Below are positions 1 through 13,071 of a stretch of DNA of 64,000 nt, in pieces (the first letter of the stretch is position 1; every line of letters begins with the position of its first letter). The position numbers were made by a program, and so were the translations under genes. The notes below the pieces were generated by a model that saw nothing but the letters and a program-made list of their open reading frames with translations, made no database searches and was not told where the DNA came from. The stretch covers positions 32,550,001-32,614,000 of the forward strand of contig OZ365110.1 in the NCBI GenBank assembly GCA_977030845.1, read 5' to 3'. Origin of the DNA: Fimbriosthenelais zetlandica. Lineage: Eukaryota.

Positions 1-3000
1 AAATTCTACTAAATTTAGTCAGAAAAAACACCTCATTATAGCGACTATCTCACAACGTAATCAGGCCAGTCCTAAATGTGTCTCATTAATGAGTGTGCAC
101 TGTATGTGTTACTGTATGCCAGCATCACATTAGAGCCTGACAGAAGGCCAGGCGTGGATGCCCCTTCAGCCTAGATGTGCTGGATTGCTTTTGACCCCAA
201 CCACCAGCAACCTGTTGAAACAAGCGTCTTACATCCAGCCTGTCGTCCTCTAACAACCCCATACTAACTAGCCACGCTCCTCTAACTGTCACAGCCCAGT
301 CTCCTTAAATCAATGGACTTTTCCCACTTCACAACAAGCTGTCAACTGTGGCCTGATTCCATGCAACTTGGAGGCTCCAGCCATTAGTTCCCATATCACA
401 AATATAGGAGATACACTCAAATAAAAAATGACACTTGTGTCGAAAATGAATATACAGGCAACTCAATATACAGACACTTAGCTTTTCAAGATTCATATAG
501 GCCTATATTTTCATAATTTGTCATAATGTTGATCATAATTATATTGATAGTTTCATGTTGCTTTTACAAACAATATTGGGGGCATTGATAGATCTATTCA
601 GATCGTATAAGATATTTGACATTTCAAATATTTTTTAAAAATAAAATTGCCTGTCGGGCAGTCCCAAGCATAAATCACAAATCTGTAGCCCTCCGCCCAA
701 CCTGTAACCACATCTAGGGGCCACAGTATATGCCAAAAGCATGTTTCCTAATTTTTAGAATAGGAAATTGTTTTCAATTGTGTGACAAACAGGGGTCCTT
801 CATTAAGAAGGTTCATGAACACACATGAACCTGAACCCATGTTTTTCTCATAACAAATGGTTCTGAATATGATACTGACAAGGCAATGTCACATCTCAAT
901 TAACTCACCATTAGTCAACATTAGACCCCATATTATGGAGTCAAATGGTATGTCAAATGTAAATATAAATAGTAGATATAAGACTTAGAATGGGTATTTT
1001 CCAAGTGCGGCTCGACTGGTGGGACACATATTGCATGCAACTCAATGCAACAATTAGGAAGTATAGATAGAACTGGCCAAGGAGTAGGATTGTTTGTAAT
1101 CTGCCCTGAGAGTGAATCAGAGAGAGGGGAACGGAGGGTGGTATATAATGTACCTCATAATACCCGGAGTTGGGAGAAGGTAGACATCCCTTGGAATGCT
1201 CGGGGATTGAACAGCCAACACTCGGATTGCCGAGCCAATAAATGAGCAACTCTAAGTTACCAACTGAGCAAACTATTTTGTCAAACACCTATCCCAGTTT
1301 TCGCTGAAAGTTCTTTCCAGGCTGGACTGACATGCTATTTGTGGAACCTTGCGCTTATATAAATGTTTCCCAACTTTTAATTTTAATAAAGAAATAAGTT
1401 TCTCCAAGTTTCAAAAGAAACCAAAGTTTCGACTCAAATTACCCTCGGCGCCAAGCATTATCGGCAGAATCAATTAGTTTTCTGGGAAAGAGATCTCGGA
1501 CATGGGAGTAATTAAAGCGAATATTTCTTATCAAACTGATTAACTGATAGACATGGATATCTGATGGGACGGTTACAGATGATTGAATGAAAACTTTAAT
1601 TAAGTTACTTCCAAATCATGGAAATCAGCAGTTGCAGAATATCTTTTCATAATTTCGATATTCTGTTACAAATTTCTATTTTGAAATCTTAATAATATGC
1701 CACATAATTATAATATAATATTATATCGCATTTTTATCATACATTAAAACAAGTATGTCCAATCGATATTTTTATATAAATATGTGGTACACTACAGATA
1801 TAGGCTTTGGGAAAAAGAAACTAAAGGAAATGACCATGTTTTAAATGTGCTAAAATTTTATGTTTTGCATAAAAGTGGAATAATATTATTAAATTTCAAA
1901 TGGAGTCTACGTAGAGCAAATAGTCTAATTATTCCATTTTTCGTACTGAAAAAATTGAATCATATTTTAGTGTGAATTTAATATCCACCCTCACGAGAAC
2001 AATACGATACATGTAAAAATATTAGCTCAAAAATCATTGGTATGGTCATCACGAACTGCCGAAAGATTTACATTGTTGGAACTTCGGGGATCAACACAGC
2101 AGGCCTTTCTTGAGAAAGGGGGCCAGCTGGGGCCTGATTCATCGGAAAGATGCACAACATTCACTCATAATTCATGCTAGAAATAATAATGGATGTTTAT
2201 AATCGGAAACGCACAATGGCCTGAATGCAAGCCTCCACATGCGCTGATTTACGTCCAGATTTGCGGGATTCTGCGCATGAACTCACACCCTATTGAAGAT
2301 TGCTTACTAATGATGTGTATTACTATAGAAAAGAAGTGAGCCGCTCTTGCTTTTTGTCGTATATGACCTGCTCTGACTGCAAATGCAATGAACATTATAT
2401 AGGAAGATGAAATGGGAGAGAGCGAGGTGATGTAATGGGATGGAGGCATCGTGAAGCTTTGCCCTCAATTTCTCTGACAAGGCTTGTGTCTGGTTTTCAT
2501 GCATAACGCAGAGCGATAATGTTGGGCGATGTATATAAATAGTGAACCATGGTGTAGGGAAAGGACAGCATTTTTATGATGCATTCTCTTTGTCACACTA
2601 TCATTTTTTGCCTAAGCCTTTGGAGGGGGGCTCTTTCTTAATGTATCATTAATTATATGCAATTTGTCCAAAGTGTTAAATCTGCTTAAATAGAAGAAAG
2701 GACTCCTTTATATGTACCATAAGTTGGGTTAGGGAGACTTGGGTTAGCATGGCATTGGTTGGGTACCTGCCTATGCTGGACTAAAGTGCGAGTCCACTGC
2801 GGCGACAAGCCAGTCGAGCGACAGTGTCGCTACCTTGTCACACAATCATCTTGAATTTCCCAATGCTTTCCCTATGGTGCCACTCTCATGATCTTCCTAT
2901 CGTCGTTTCAGTGGAGAAGCCTGTGGCGCATCTAACCCACGACAGTGTCGCCTACAAGGACCGACAGTGTCGCTGCAGGGGAAATGTTTATCGCTTCACT

Positions 3001-4534
3001 GTCGCCTCATTTTATCGCCCCCAGCTGGCCTGTCGCCACTCTCACACCTCGTCGCTCAACAGACATCGTCGTGTGCCTTTCTCATTCTGAAGCGACTAGA
3101 GCTGAACACATAAAAAGGCGGGGTCTGGCATTGGATGGGCCTGACATTTCACAGTACAGACAGATGCTAATATCATAATGATCAAAACGCTTGAACTAAG
3201 CGTCTGCAAAACTCAAACACAAGCCTTGTACAAGAAGAGACTTATGCCGTTCATATTCAACGTGCATTTGCATGTCAGACGCATGTGATTCAATTTTGAC
3301 ACTCAGACGTCCCGTGGGTGCAGGCAAGCTTTAATCTCCATCCATTCCCAACTAATTGACAATTAATTTACATCAGCCAATAGATTATTGAACAGTTCTG
3401 AATACCAGGCAGTGCTGCCTAAAATGTACAGAATACTTCTCAGGGCAAGGCACGGGCAATGACCCTCGGGTTGAGGACCTCAATCCTCACAGGAAAGATT
3501 ACAAATGAAAAGCCACTAAGAATGCAATGGGCTCCAGAATATGAACCTACCACTCGCTTCGAGTGTCCCTGATAATATTCCCAAAGTACTGACGGATAAG
3601 AGAGAATGGAATGGGAAAGAACGTGGAGAAGCATACTCAGGTGTTCATTATATGTGTAACTAGGGAAGGTTATGCTTGAAATGTGGTCTAACGTCCAATC
3701 TAGCAGAGTGAGGTGTCTTATTCAACGGTCATCAGGGCCAATGAAGGCAACTATGGTCCATTAATAAGACCACCTCCAAATCTCTCTAGACTTACAAAAA
3801 TCCACCATGTGAAGGGACTGTTTCAAGAGAAATATTCCAGGTCTCATTACATGGCAGGAGCAAAATTTAAGAATATTTTTGCCAAAATATAGGAATTTGA
3901 TATAGGAATTTTTAGAAGATTAAATGCTGAAATGATTCGATGAGGAATATCCAAACATTTCATAACTAATGTGGATCAAAATTACTAATAAATATGGAAA
4001 TATAAGACACTCGGGAAATATATAGGAACGTTATGTCGTCTTTAATTATAATAGGAAAATATAGTCCAACGTTATGATACCTGATATTCATAGGAAACCA
4101 GACTGTAGAATAAGCTTTTTTCGGATGGACACACTATCAATCTAGCAGTACATAGAAGGCAATCTGTGGTCAATTTAGGAATATTTGTAATGAAACGGCC
4201 CCTTTATATTGCGCGTAATGATAAACAAGCAGGAAAAAAAGTATAAACATCCAGGGCAAAGGTACTGTTGTAGATATATTCATAGGGGAAATTGGGGGAT
4301 GGTTAAAGCTATCTGTAAGCATTTGTGGAAGTGATTCATAGGAGACAAGGAACAAAGGTTCCTCTCTTCTCTTTCCAAATAGTTCATGACTTGGATGGGC
4401 TGACTATAGCCTGAGTGATATACACATTACTAGTAGTGCTATGAAGCAGGGGGGATGGGTAATTCAGGTACAGTCTAGGAAACTAAAAACACATATATAA
4501 TATACAATATAGGTAATAAAAATTCTCTGTATAT

Positions 4535-4755
4535 TTGCCTGGAACAGACTGCGAACGACTTCAATTTTCTTGTCATGACTATAGAAAACCACCACCAATT
4601 CAGTTTGCGGATCTTTCATTGAGTCGCTATGAGTTCGCTTGATTTAGGTGCATGCTCTCTTGGCTAGTGGTGCCCAAAGAGACAGACCATGGCTTTTGTG
4701 TATAACGCGCATGTCTCTTGAGCGCGAACGAAACAACGCTCTGGTCTGTTTAAAG
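4535..4755. mobile_element. Dispersed MITE-like repeat; second copy at about 17850-18085
   Basis: Both copies share TGGAACA(G/C)ACTGCGAA, ATTTTCTTGTCATG and AACGCTCTGGTCTGTT(T/C)AAAG in the same order. Confidence 0.65.
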
Positions 4756-7329
4756 TAAAAAGGGACCATCCCTAGAACTGAACTAATTATCGATGAACTA
4801 TACAGTCCCTCTCAGATGGGTTTTAGCTTAGGTCAGACAATTTTAGTGGCTGAATAATAAGTTGGTCGCTTTAGTGGAATGGACATTAAGCAAGATTCGA
4901 CTGTATATATGTACTTGGATGAATTCAAAATGAAAATACACTGGAATATCTGGGATACATGGACCTGTTTCATATATGAACCATCTATGCTATAAAGCAG
5001 TATTATGATACTAGTCCCAGGGTTCTGTACGCTGAATTAATGCATACCATTCGCTTAAGACAAGTATACTCAGGGAGTATCAATAGACCGTTGGCAGTCT
5101 TGAACGATACACAATGGAATTTAGATTAAATTCCACACTCTTTCCTTGGTTACAATGGAGATGTTGCACAATCCCGTGTGCCTTTGCAAATCCCCAAGCA
5201 AGCAGCTTGTGAGAATATATTTGGAATGCATTATGCTTAGTCATAATAATCATTTCAATTGATTGGATAGGACCTTCTCACATTTCAGCTGAAAATGCAA
5301 AATTATTTTGCAATGTGCACACAAAATTTTGAATGTTCTGGGGCAACTTCCTCCACTACCATACGATATAGAATAAAGTTAGCCCTACAATGTATCGGAT
5401 CCTTTCGGATCATTTCAAACATCGCAATTTTTGCGATACATGTTATCTGCATTCTTCAGGTGGCATTAGAGAAATTGCGCTGCAAAATCGCCTGATTGGA
5501 TTCTGATTGCGATGCAAAATCAACTTGCCTAGCTCAAACCAAATTATACCCTGTATCATAGATTGTCTTCCTGCAATAATAGTTGCATCTAAATGTTTCT
5601 TGCTTCTTGTTTGAATGTTTGAATTCAAAGTTTTGGGAAGATGTCCCCACTGAAAATTAGCTGGTATCATCGGTATTGGGGCATTATTTTACTGTACACA
5701 TGTATGGTAATGGAACTATATCCATATCTTTAGGGGTGGGTTTAACTTGTAATTCAAGACACCCATCACAAATATGAATACCGAATAGATTTACTTCAAG
5801 TCACAGCGATAGAGAAGATATACTGGAGTGCTTACCTGTTTTGCTATAGAGATCGAGGCAGGACAACATGGATCGGTTTTGAGGTCATTCGACCTTAGAA
5901 ATCTATCATCAGTCTCGGCCCGCCAGCCAATCAAGACCTGGTTTTCATTCTATTGATGGCCAATATAGTGGAGGAAGGCGCGGGGAAATTGTGAGGCGAA
6001 CTTCAGTGGTAAGGCGAGCGTACCTCCTCTAATGGCCTTTTCCGCCGGGGACGAGTTCTATGCTTGGCGAATGCAGATTTTTTTCTCATTTGACTCATCG
6101 GATTCTTCCGTCCAGTCATGTGCAGTGTCTTGCATGCATGGGGTCTGTTTGTTAAAAAAAAAAATGCATGGTATTAATTAGTCAATGTTAGGTCTTGGTT
6201 AGTGTAGGTCTTTTTGCCTGGGGTGATAAGTCAGTTGATGTCGGAAGAGTGGAGAGAGAGGGAGAGTGGGGTGGCGGGCTATGGGCTTGCTGCCCAAAAA
6301 ATTTGAGTGACAAAAAGAATAATTTCTGAAATGACTACCCAGAACAACAATACTTTAGCCTATGGTTGTACAATGGCCTGTATATGTTGACAACTCAAGA
6401 ACTTAATTGGCGACTGTGGATAACATTTTTCACATTCAGGAAAAATGTTCCTTGAAAAGGCTGGTGGTGGTCACTTAATATGAATTTTTACTTTATTTTA
6501 TTGCTGTTCAAATATATGAACTCAAGAGCATATAATTATATGGATGTCAGTTCTAGGAAGGTTTTGCAAAATCGTTTCTATTCCGGCCTTGTTATATACC
6601 TATACGTGTAATTCTACTTCCAAGAAAAAAAAGTTTTCACACGATAAACACCAAATGTCATCATTTTAATTCCTACTTTAGAAACATAATTGGTCATTTA
6701 ATCTTTATATTATTGGACTAGTATCCACCTTTTTTACGTTATACCCAATTTAATTCCCTCCAAAGTCCGTAATTGTGCCACCAAATTACATTAATTTGTG
6801 AATTCGTTCAAGCCAATTTCAAAAGGCGCACACTATTAGTCAAAGGTAAATATATAGGCTAATGGCGCACAAATTAAGTCATCGCGGTTGGCAATTTATT
6901 TCATGAAAATACGTGCCAGGGTGAATTTCTCATAAGTCTAAAGCAGCTTTTAAACACAGACGGCAGACACAGATTGATATCTTGGTATAGGGAAAAAGGG
7001 AGCTCCCAGCTTGCTCTAGAAGTGGAATTACGTGTTGATGTGGGATGGAAAGTGGAAGAGATTGAGGAAGAAAATGATGAAAGAAGCAAGGGTTTTGCCT
7101 TCAATAGGCACCACTTACGAGAAGAACCATTCGCCTCCTTCTTCGATCCATACAGAGATCTTTTAAAGGATCAAATTGCGAATTGAAATGATTTGGTCAC
7201 TTGAAGAAAAAAATGCTGACGAGGGGTGTATGACTGGTGCTTGATAAAATGAACCTTGAGCAGTTATGAGTGGTGGGTTGACACTGAGGAGACTGCGTCT
7301 GGTCGGTTGAGGGACATGCATGCAGTGAT

Positions 7330-7452
7330 CAATTACAGATAGCAATTATAGTTTTGCCCCTTAACACCAGTCATTGTCAGTGGCGCCACCGTCAGGTCTG
7401 TGTAGTCAGCTATATTTTAAAGTGTCATAGGTGGGGTACCCAAGGACAGTGA
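7330..7452. repeat. Dispersed repeat; second copy at about 13704-13832
   Basis: Both copies share CAATTACAGATAGCAATTATAGTT..AACACCAGTCATT and CATAGG..GGGTACCCAAGGACAGTG. Confidence 0.7.
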
Positions 7453-10400
7453 TGTAATAATTAAACATGGCTGATTTTTAAAAGTGGAAATCGGACATTT
7501 TTTGGAAAAGTTGTTATGTGAACCCTTTGTGTATTCCCCACAAAGTCCGCTTAATATGTATACACTATAATTGCCATATGAATCCTTGAGATCATCAAAT
7601 CTTTGTGCCTAGGGATTGATCAAAAGACTGTACGATGGTATAATCCAATCCGACAACGCCCATGCACCTCAGACACAGAAAGGAGAACTGTGTCCCTTTA
7701 TTTATACATGTAGCCCGCATCAAAGTAAATATCACCCCTTGATATGCTGTGTCTATTTATATTCCATACAAAACCAGGATCATCGATAATGAAAAGTGTA
7801 GAACTCATAATACTTAGCAACTCCTTTGATGGTCGCATTAGTCAGATGGGTTGATAACATGATCCCACTGTAGTCTGAAAGAACACTTCAGAATGTCTGG
7901 GCACGGGGGAAATTCAATATATATACCCATAATTGCATGAGTGTAATTGGACAAATGATACCAATAGATGTCCTAATATAGAGTCCTAATACAGAAAGAT
8001 AATCAACCCACGCAATTGAAGGAGAGAGCCAGAAAAAAGAAAATATCTTTGGCGTCACTCACTGGCGCTATTTTAGACCTTGTGCATGCGTCACTTTTAG
8101 TCCATCATTTTAAAATTAATAATCAATTTCTTCACATTTATTTTACTTATGCTTGTCGTAGCACAATTCATTTAATTTCATTATTAATAAGGCTGCACCG
8201 CCACCCCCATATCTCCCATGTCAAAGTGACGCTAGACACAAATATAATACACGGTATGTATTATCTATATTTTAAGTCGTAATTTGTTACTCGTGAGTAA
8301 AAAGGTCATAGCCAGTGATATTTTTTCAAAGTTAGTGACAAGATCTGTTTAATAATAAGAAGAAAAAAATATCAATATTCATATGATTTTTTTTTAGCAA
8401 GAAATGGGTTGCATTGGTTTATATCATTGAATTTTGCGACGGCTACAATATTTGTCTGATATTTATTTTTATAAATATCAGACAAATATTAAAATATCAG
8501 GACGATTGGGAAAGACCGTTTTGGAACACCGTGGCATGCTCTTCTCGAACTGCAGCAATGGTTTTTTATACGCGCCTCTCACCATAGACAGTACATGACT
8601 GGCTTTTGATGTCTCAGTTAGCAGTACTGAGGGAAACGGGACAATGGCAAAATTGGAGAAACCTTGGGGAATCCATAACTGATATTGATAATGCAAAACA
8701 CAGGTTCATATGTACAGCCAAGAATCTCCTTTGATCAACATATTTTGTAACTCCAAATAGCCCCAGACTAAGTTTATTATTATTTCCAATCCCTTTGCCA
8801 CTTTCAGTGCCTATCGAGTGGAGATGCATTACCATGATTGTTCATACATCGAATGCCATCCACAAGATTGCCAGTCATGATATCTAGATCATGCTTCCTG
8901 CAAAAAGCAATGATAAATATTTTAGGCATTCCCATGGAAGGGACTTGACAAATAGATGTAGAATTGGTGAGAGGGGCTTGGGTGGTAAGCAATGGTAGAG
9001 CAATCCTTTATAGTGTTTATAACTCCTAGGCCATGAGGAGGGGCCCCGAGGAAGCTCCTGGGAGACCTCCTCCATAGAAGGGTCTGGGCTTACTCCAGCC
9101 AAGATAAGCTAGCAGATAATCTGGTTGAAAGCACAGGCAATCTATAGCCGCCTGGAAGTAGAACTTTTTTTAACATAGACACCTTCTGAAGTGGCCGGGG
9201 TTTGGGGTGGGGACACTCAAAACCAAAGTTAATGCCACATGCATATAGGGCATACACTCGTTCTCTTGGATTGGTTCTGCGCTGGATTTCAAGAACCATG
9301 AATAATGGGTAGGGCTACAGTCCCATGTAGGCAGAAATTTGCAAAGGACTTTTCAAAGGACTTTTAATGAAGAAGTCATGTATATTTGGCGTTTCACATG
9401 TCCCATTTTGAACATAAATTCAAGTCTATGAAGATTGATTTGGTAACCACGAAATCTAAAACAAAATTTAATCTCAATATGAAACCTTTTGGAAATGGGT
9501 CTAATAATAGTAATAATAGTTCTAAGTTTGCAGAGAGTGCTTCTTCACACAAAGTCTCTTCTACAAAAAGTTACTTCTACAAAAAGTCACTTTTACAAAA
9601 AAGACCTAATTATTATGCACAATTCGTGGGCCCAGTTAGAACACAAATAGAGTCGAATGGCGTCCTTATTCTATAGGCAGTGTCTGGATATTTTAACCAG
9701 ATATTACTTCTATAGAGTACATATTTTCTTTATAAAACTATTATGAAATGTAAGTGTCTTTACTAGATCTATACTTTCCATCTGAGCGTGCATTATAGAG
9801 CTAGAATATAATTATCCTATATTGCAAGCTGACAATCCTAAATTGGCGTTGGAATATTCCAACTTCATTGGAATTTTCAGGACAGTTAGATGTGACGCTA
9901 GGGAGTATGTACAAAGTATGTACTCACCTGCTACTGCTACTTATTAGCCTAGGTAGTGCCGAGAATCCAATATAAACAGCATTATATGTTTTCTATGACA
10001 TTAAAGACCTCAGGTCTTTCCTGTTTACAGTTATGAAACCATAGCCTAATATAGATTACAAAGTAGAAAAATGGGATTATTAAAAGGCCTATCTATTACT
10101 TGCAGCAGGGCTTGTTCCATAACAAAGCTAGCGCCTATTGGCAATCGTACATAGTGTAGGCCACCTACTGGTAAATAATTGTTTATTATTTTTTCCTGAA
10201 ATGGGCCCTAATTTAACTTAGGCCTACACCTAAAGTTACACGTGGCGTAGGCCTACGACACTAAACAATCTAAACTGGAGTTTCAGGATGAAATTAGCCC
10301 TGCAATAACTTTAGATTAAATCTGGGATCTTACGCAATGATCAGTCACCTCGGCCCATAATAGGCCTATGACCTATAGATCTGCTCTCTAATTACTGGGC

Positions 10401-10669
10401 CTGCAATTCCCCATGCAAATTCTCAACCACAATTCCATAACTACAATTTTCTCAAGATTTTCCAAAACCGAGCAAAAACTAAACTAATCAAATAATACAA
10501 GCTAAGCATAAAGGTAAGCCTAGGCCAGTTGATTTGGCCATCCCTCACCACTGGAACCGTCTGGATATGGTAACAAACTTCATTCATTTGTTTATTCCAA
10601 TGCACATGATAGGCTACGGTGACGCGAAAGCCACCGGCAAAACAAAATGAAATGTAGGCCTAAATTCAC

Positions 10670-10881
10670 CTGCTAATTTCGTCAGTGAGCACCTTCAAAC
10701 ATTTAGGCCTACACTTGATAATTGACATGAAAAACACCTCAAATATGGTAATAGACATCGAAAAACGACAGCAGAATCTGATAAAATAGGGAATTCCCCT
10801 CCCTTTTATCACTCACCTCAAATAATCAATCCGATCTTGTTTATTCTTGGAGTTGGCGAGCATGTCGCTCAATTTTTCCAT
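10670..10881 (-). CDS. Putative two-exon start of an unidentified spliced ORF (MEKLSDMLANSKNKQDRIDYLR|PKCLKVLTDEIS)
   Basis: 10881-10817 ends at AG|GTGAGT (phase 2). 10708-10670 is an open 39-nt phase-2 exon ending at CAG|GTGAAT. No downstream coding exon or homology was recognised, so it may be non-coding. Confidence 0.3.
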
Positions 10882-11328
10882 GTTTCCACCACTTCTCCCG
10901 TCCATCCATTCACCAAATTTCACCGGGGGATATTAAAGGAGTTCATACGTCCACTCTGAGTTCCGTTTCAGATGTATCTTCAAGATAACAGGTTTTCCGA
11001 GGTCTTGAATGAGGGATCGAGGCAGGAACCGCGTGTCTCATCCATTAACCAGAGAGCCATCTTGGTTGTTGATCTCCCGCAGTTCCTCATTTCTCCGCTC
11101 AAATTTTCCATGTTTCCACCACTTCTCCCGTCCATCCATTCACCAAATTTCACCGGGGGATATTAAATGAGTTCCTACGTCTACTCTTAGTTCCATTTCA
11201 GACGTATCTTCAAGATAACAGGTCTTTCCGAGGTCTTGAATGAGGGATCGAGGCAGGAACCGCGTGTCTCATCCATTGACCCAAGAGCCATCTTGGTTGT
11301 TGATCCCGCAGTTCCGCATTTCTCCGCT
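10871..11328. repeat. Tandem duplication of a ~230-bp unit (10871-11100 and 11101-11328)
   Basis: Both units begin AA(T/A)TTTTCCATGTTTCCACCACTTCTCCCGTCCATCC, end ...ATTTCTCCGCT, and differ by scattered substitutions and small indels. Confidence 0.95.
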
Positions 11329-11329
11329 T

Positions 11330-11570
11330 GGGATTGGCCTAGGCCTATACTGTTATGCGCGCGGGAGGGGGGGGGGGACTGGAAAAATTAGGCCTAGCCC
11401 TAGGCTAGGGGCATCATTATCGCATGTTAAATATTTACATCATTATAATAATCGTTAAAAAGCATTTAATTGATCTGAAATTAGGCCTAGATGCACCCTT
11501 TACTGCGAACATGGTAGGGCCTACCACGTGGTAGGCCTCCCATAATCAAAGATGGCGGAAAGCAGCTCTC
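11330..11570. promoter_or_regulatory. Probable promoter region (GC box, YY1-like motif)
   Basis: GCGCGCGGGAGGGGGGGGG at about 11357-11378 and AAGATGGCGG (YY1 consensus) at about 11549-11558. The duplicated unit to the left carries CAAGATGGCT on the minus strand. Confidence 0.4.
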
Positions 11571-13071
11571 AATTCAGTTAAATGGCAATGGCATAGAGCT
11601 ATTTTCGTGAATTACTGCTATTTATAGGCAATATTGTTCCAGATTATGAGCGATCTCAATAGATGTTATCTTACTTGGGTAAAGTTCGACATAACATCCC
11701 ATAACGCGAGATTGAGACAGTTGACAAATCATGAAAAAAAGACATGTCATGGTTAAAATCAACACAAGATATTGAAAATAGGCCTATACAAATAACACAT
11801 GGATTGATTTTTAACATTTTATTACAGTTAATTCTAGTCATCTTATAAAGTCAGGTCCTAGGCTACTCACGAATAGTAGGCCTAGCCTAGAGTAGGCCTA
11901 TAGGCCTACTAGCCCTGGTCTGGACGCTTGACCATTAGGACTAGGCCTACACGCCACCTACCGGTATTCACTAGGTGGAAGCAGGGTAGGCCTATAACGT
12001 TAGCACTAGACCTACGCCAATAGATATCCCATAATAAATATATATGGGCATACGCCCTAGAAGAACACCATTGCCACCTAGCGTCAATGTGGATAATTAC
12101 CTAGGCATGCATAGTTGGATTGCAGGACTGCACCACATTAACACTAGGTGGCAGCATAGGTGTCAAAGTGAGCAATGGGCGATTGATTATCCAGCCATAC
12201 TTAGACTGATGTATACAGGCCAAGTATGATAATGATTTGATCATCTAAGGAGAAGGGGCTTGAAATATAATTCTTTAATTGATTTTTCTTATTTATTATA
12301 GGCCTACATTTATTGACATTTTTATTTATTAACAACAATTCACCCTCTCCTATGACCCCCTCCACCCGGGAACCCCCTATAGGCCTAGCAAGGATAGTAT
12401 ACTATCCTTGGGCCTAGTGTCTAGTTGTGTCCGGCTCACACTCGCAGACTGACTCCCATTAACCCCGGTGAGTCAAGAGGGGCGTCGTTTAAACAGTATG
12501 TTGCGTCATATAAGCCTAAATAAGCAGTCTAATGAACATGTTCAATATTTAAACAAAGTATAGGCCCTAATGTTACGTTTTTTATGTTCATTTTAAAACT
12601 TTATTCAAGTTTTGATAACCTAAAAATATAGATGCTAGGCTAACTAGGCCTAAGCCTTTATAGAAATATTGTAATATTTTTTGTTAGAAAATACAAATAA
12701 TGTACTATTTTATAGGCCTAGTATCCACTGAATAATAAACGATAGACTATAGGTTAGGTTCATGAAAAAATAGATAGCCCTCCGGGGCAACACATTTTTA
12801 TGCCTGGTTTGACTAAGTTAGATTTCTATGGAAGCCTAAGATCAGATATAGGGGGCTATAATAGGCTAAGCCTATATATTATACACATACTTATAAAACG
12901 AAAGTGACACCATCACCAGAATCGGGTAGGCTGAACATCACAGGCAATAATAATTAAGAAACATTTTACATACGCTAGCCTATAGGCCTAATGAAAAATA
13001 TTTTGCTTACAAACATAAGGAAAACTTAAAGCAATGATCTACCACAGGCTTGTATAGGTCTATGCATCTAT

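Noticed and set aside
5836-6146. Minus-strand coding exon with CAG|GTAAG donor
   Set aside because: All three frames contain stops, and the sequence looks like a non-autonomous DNA transposon fragment.
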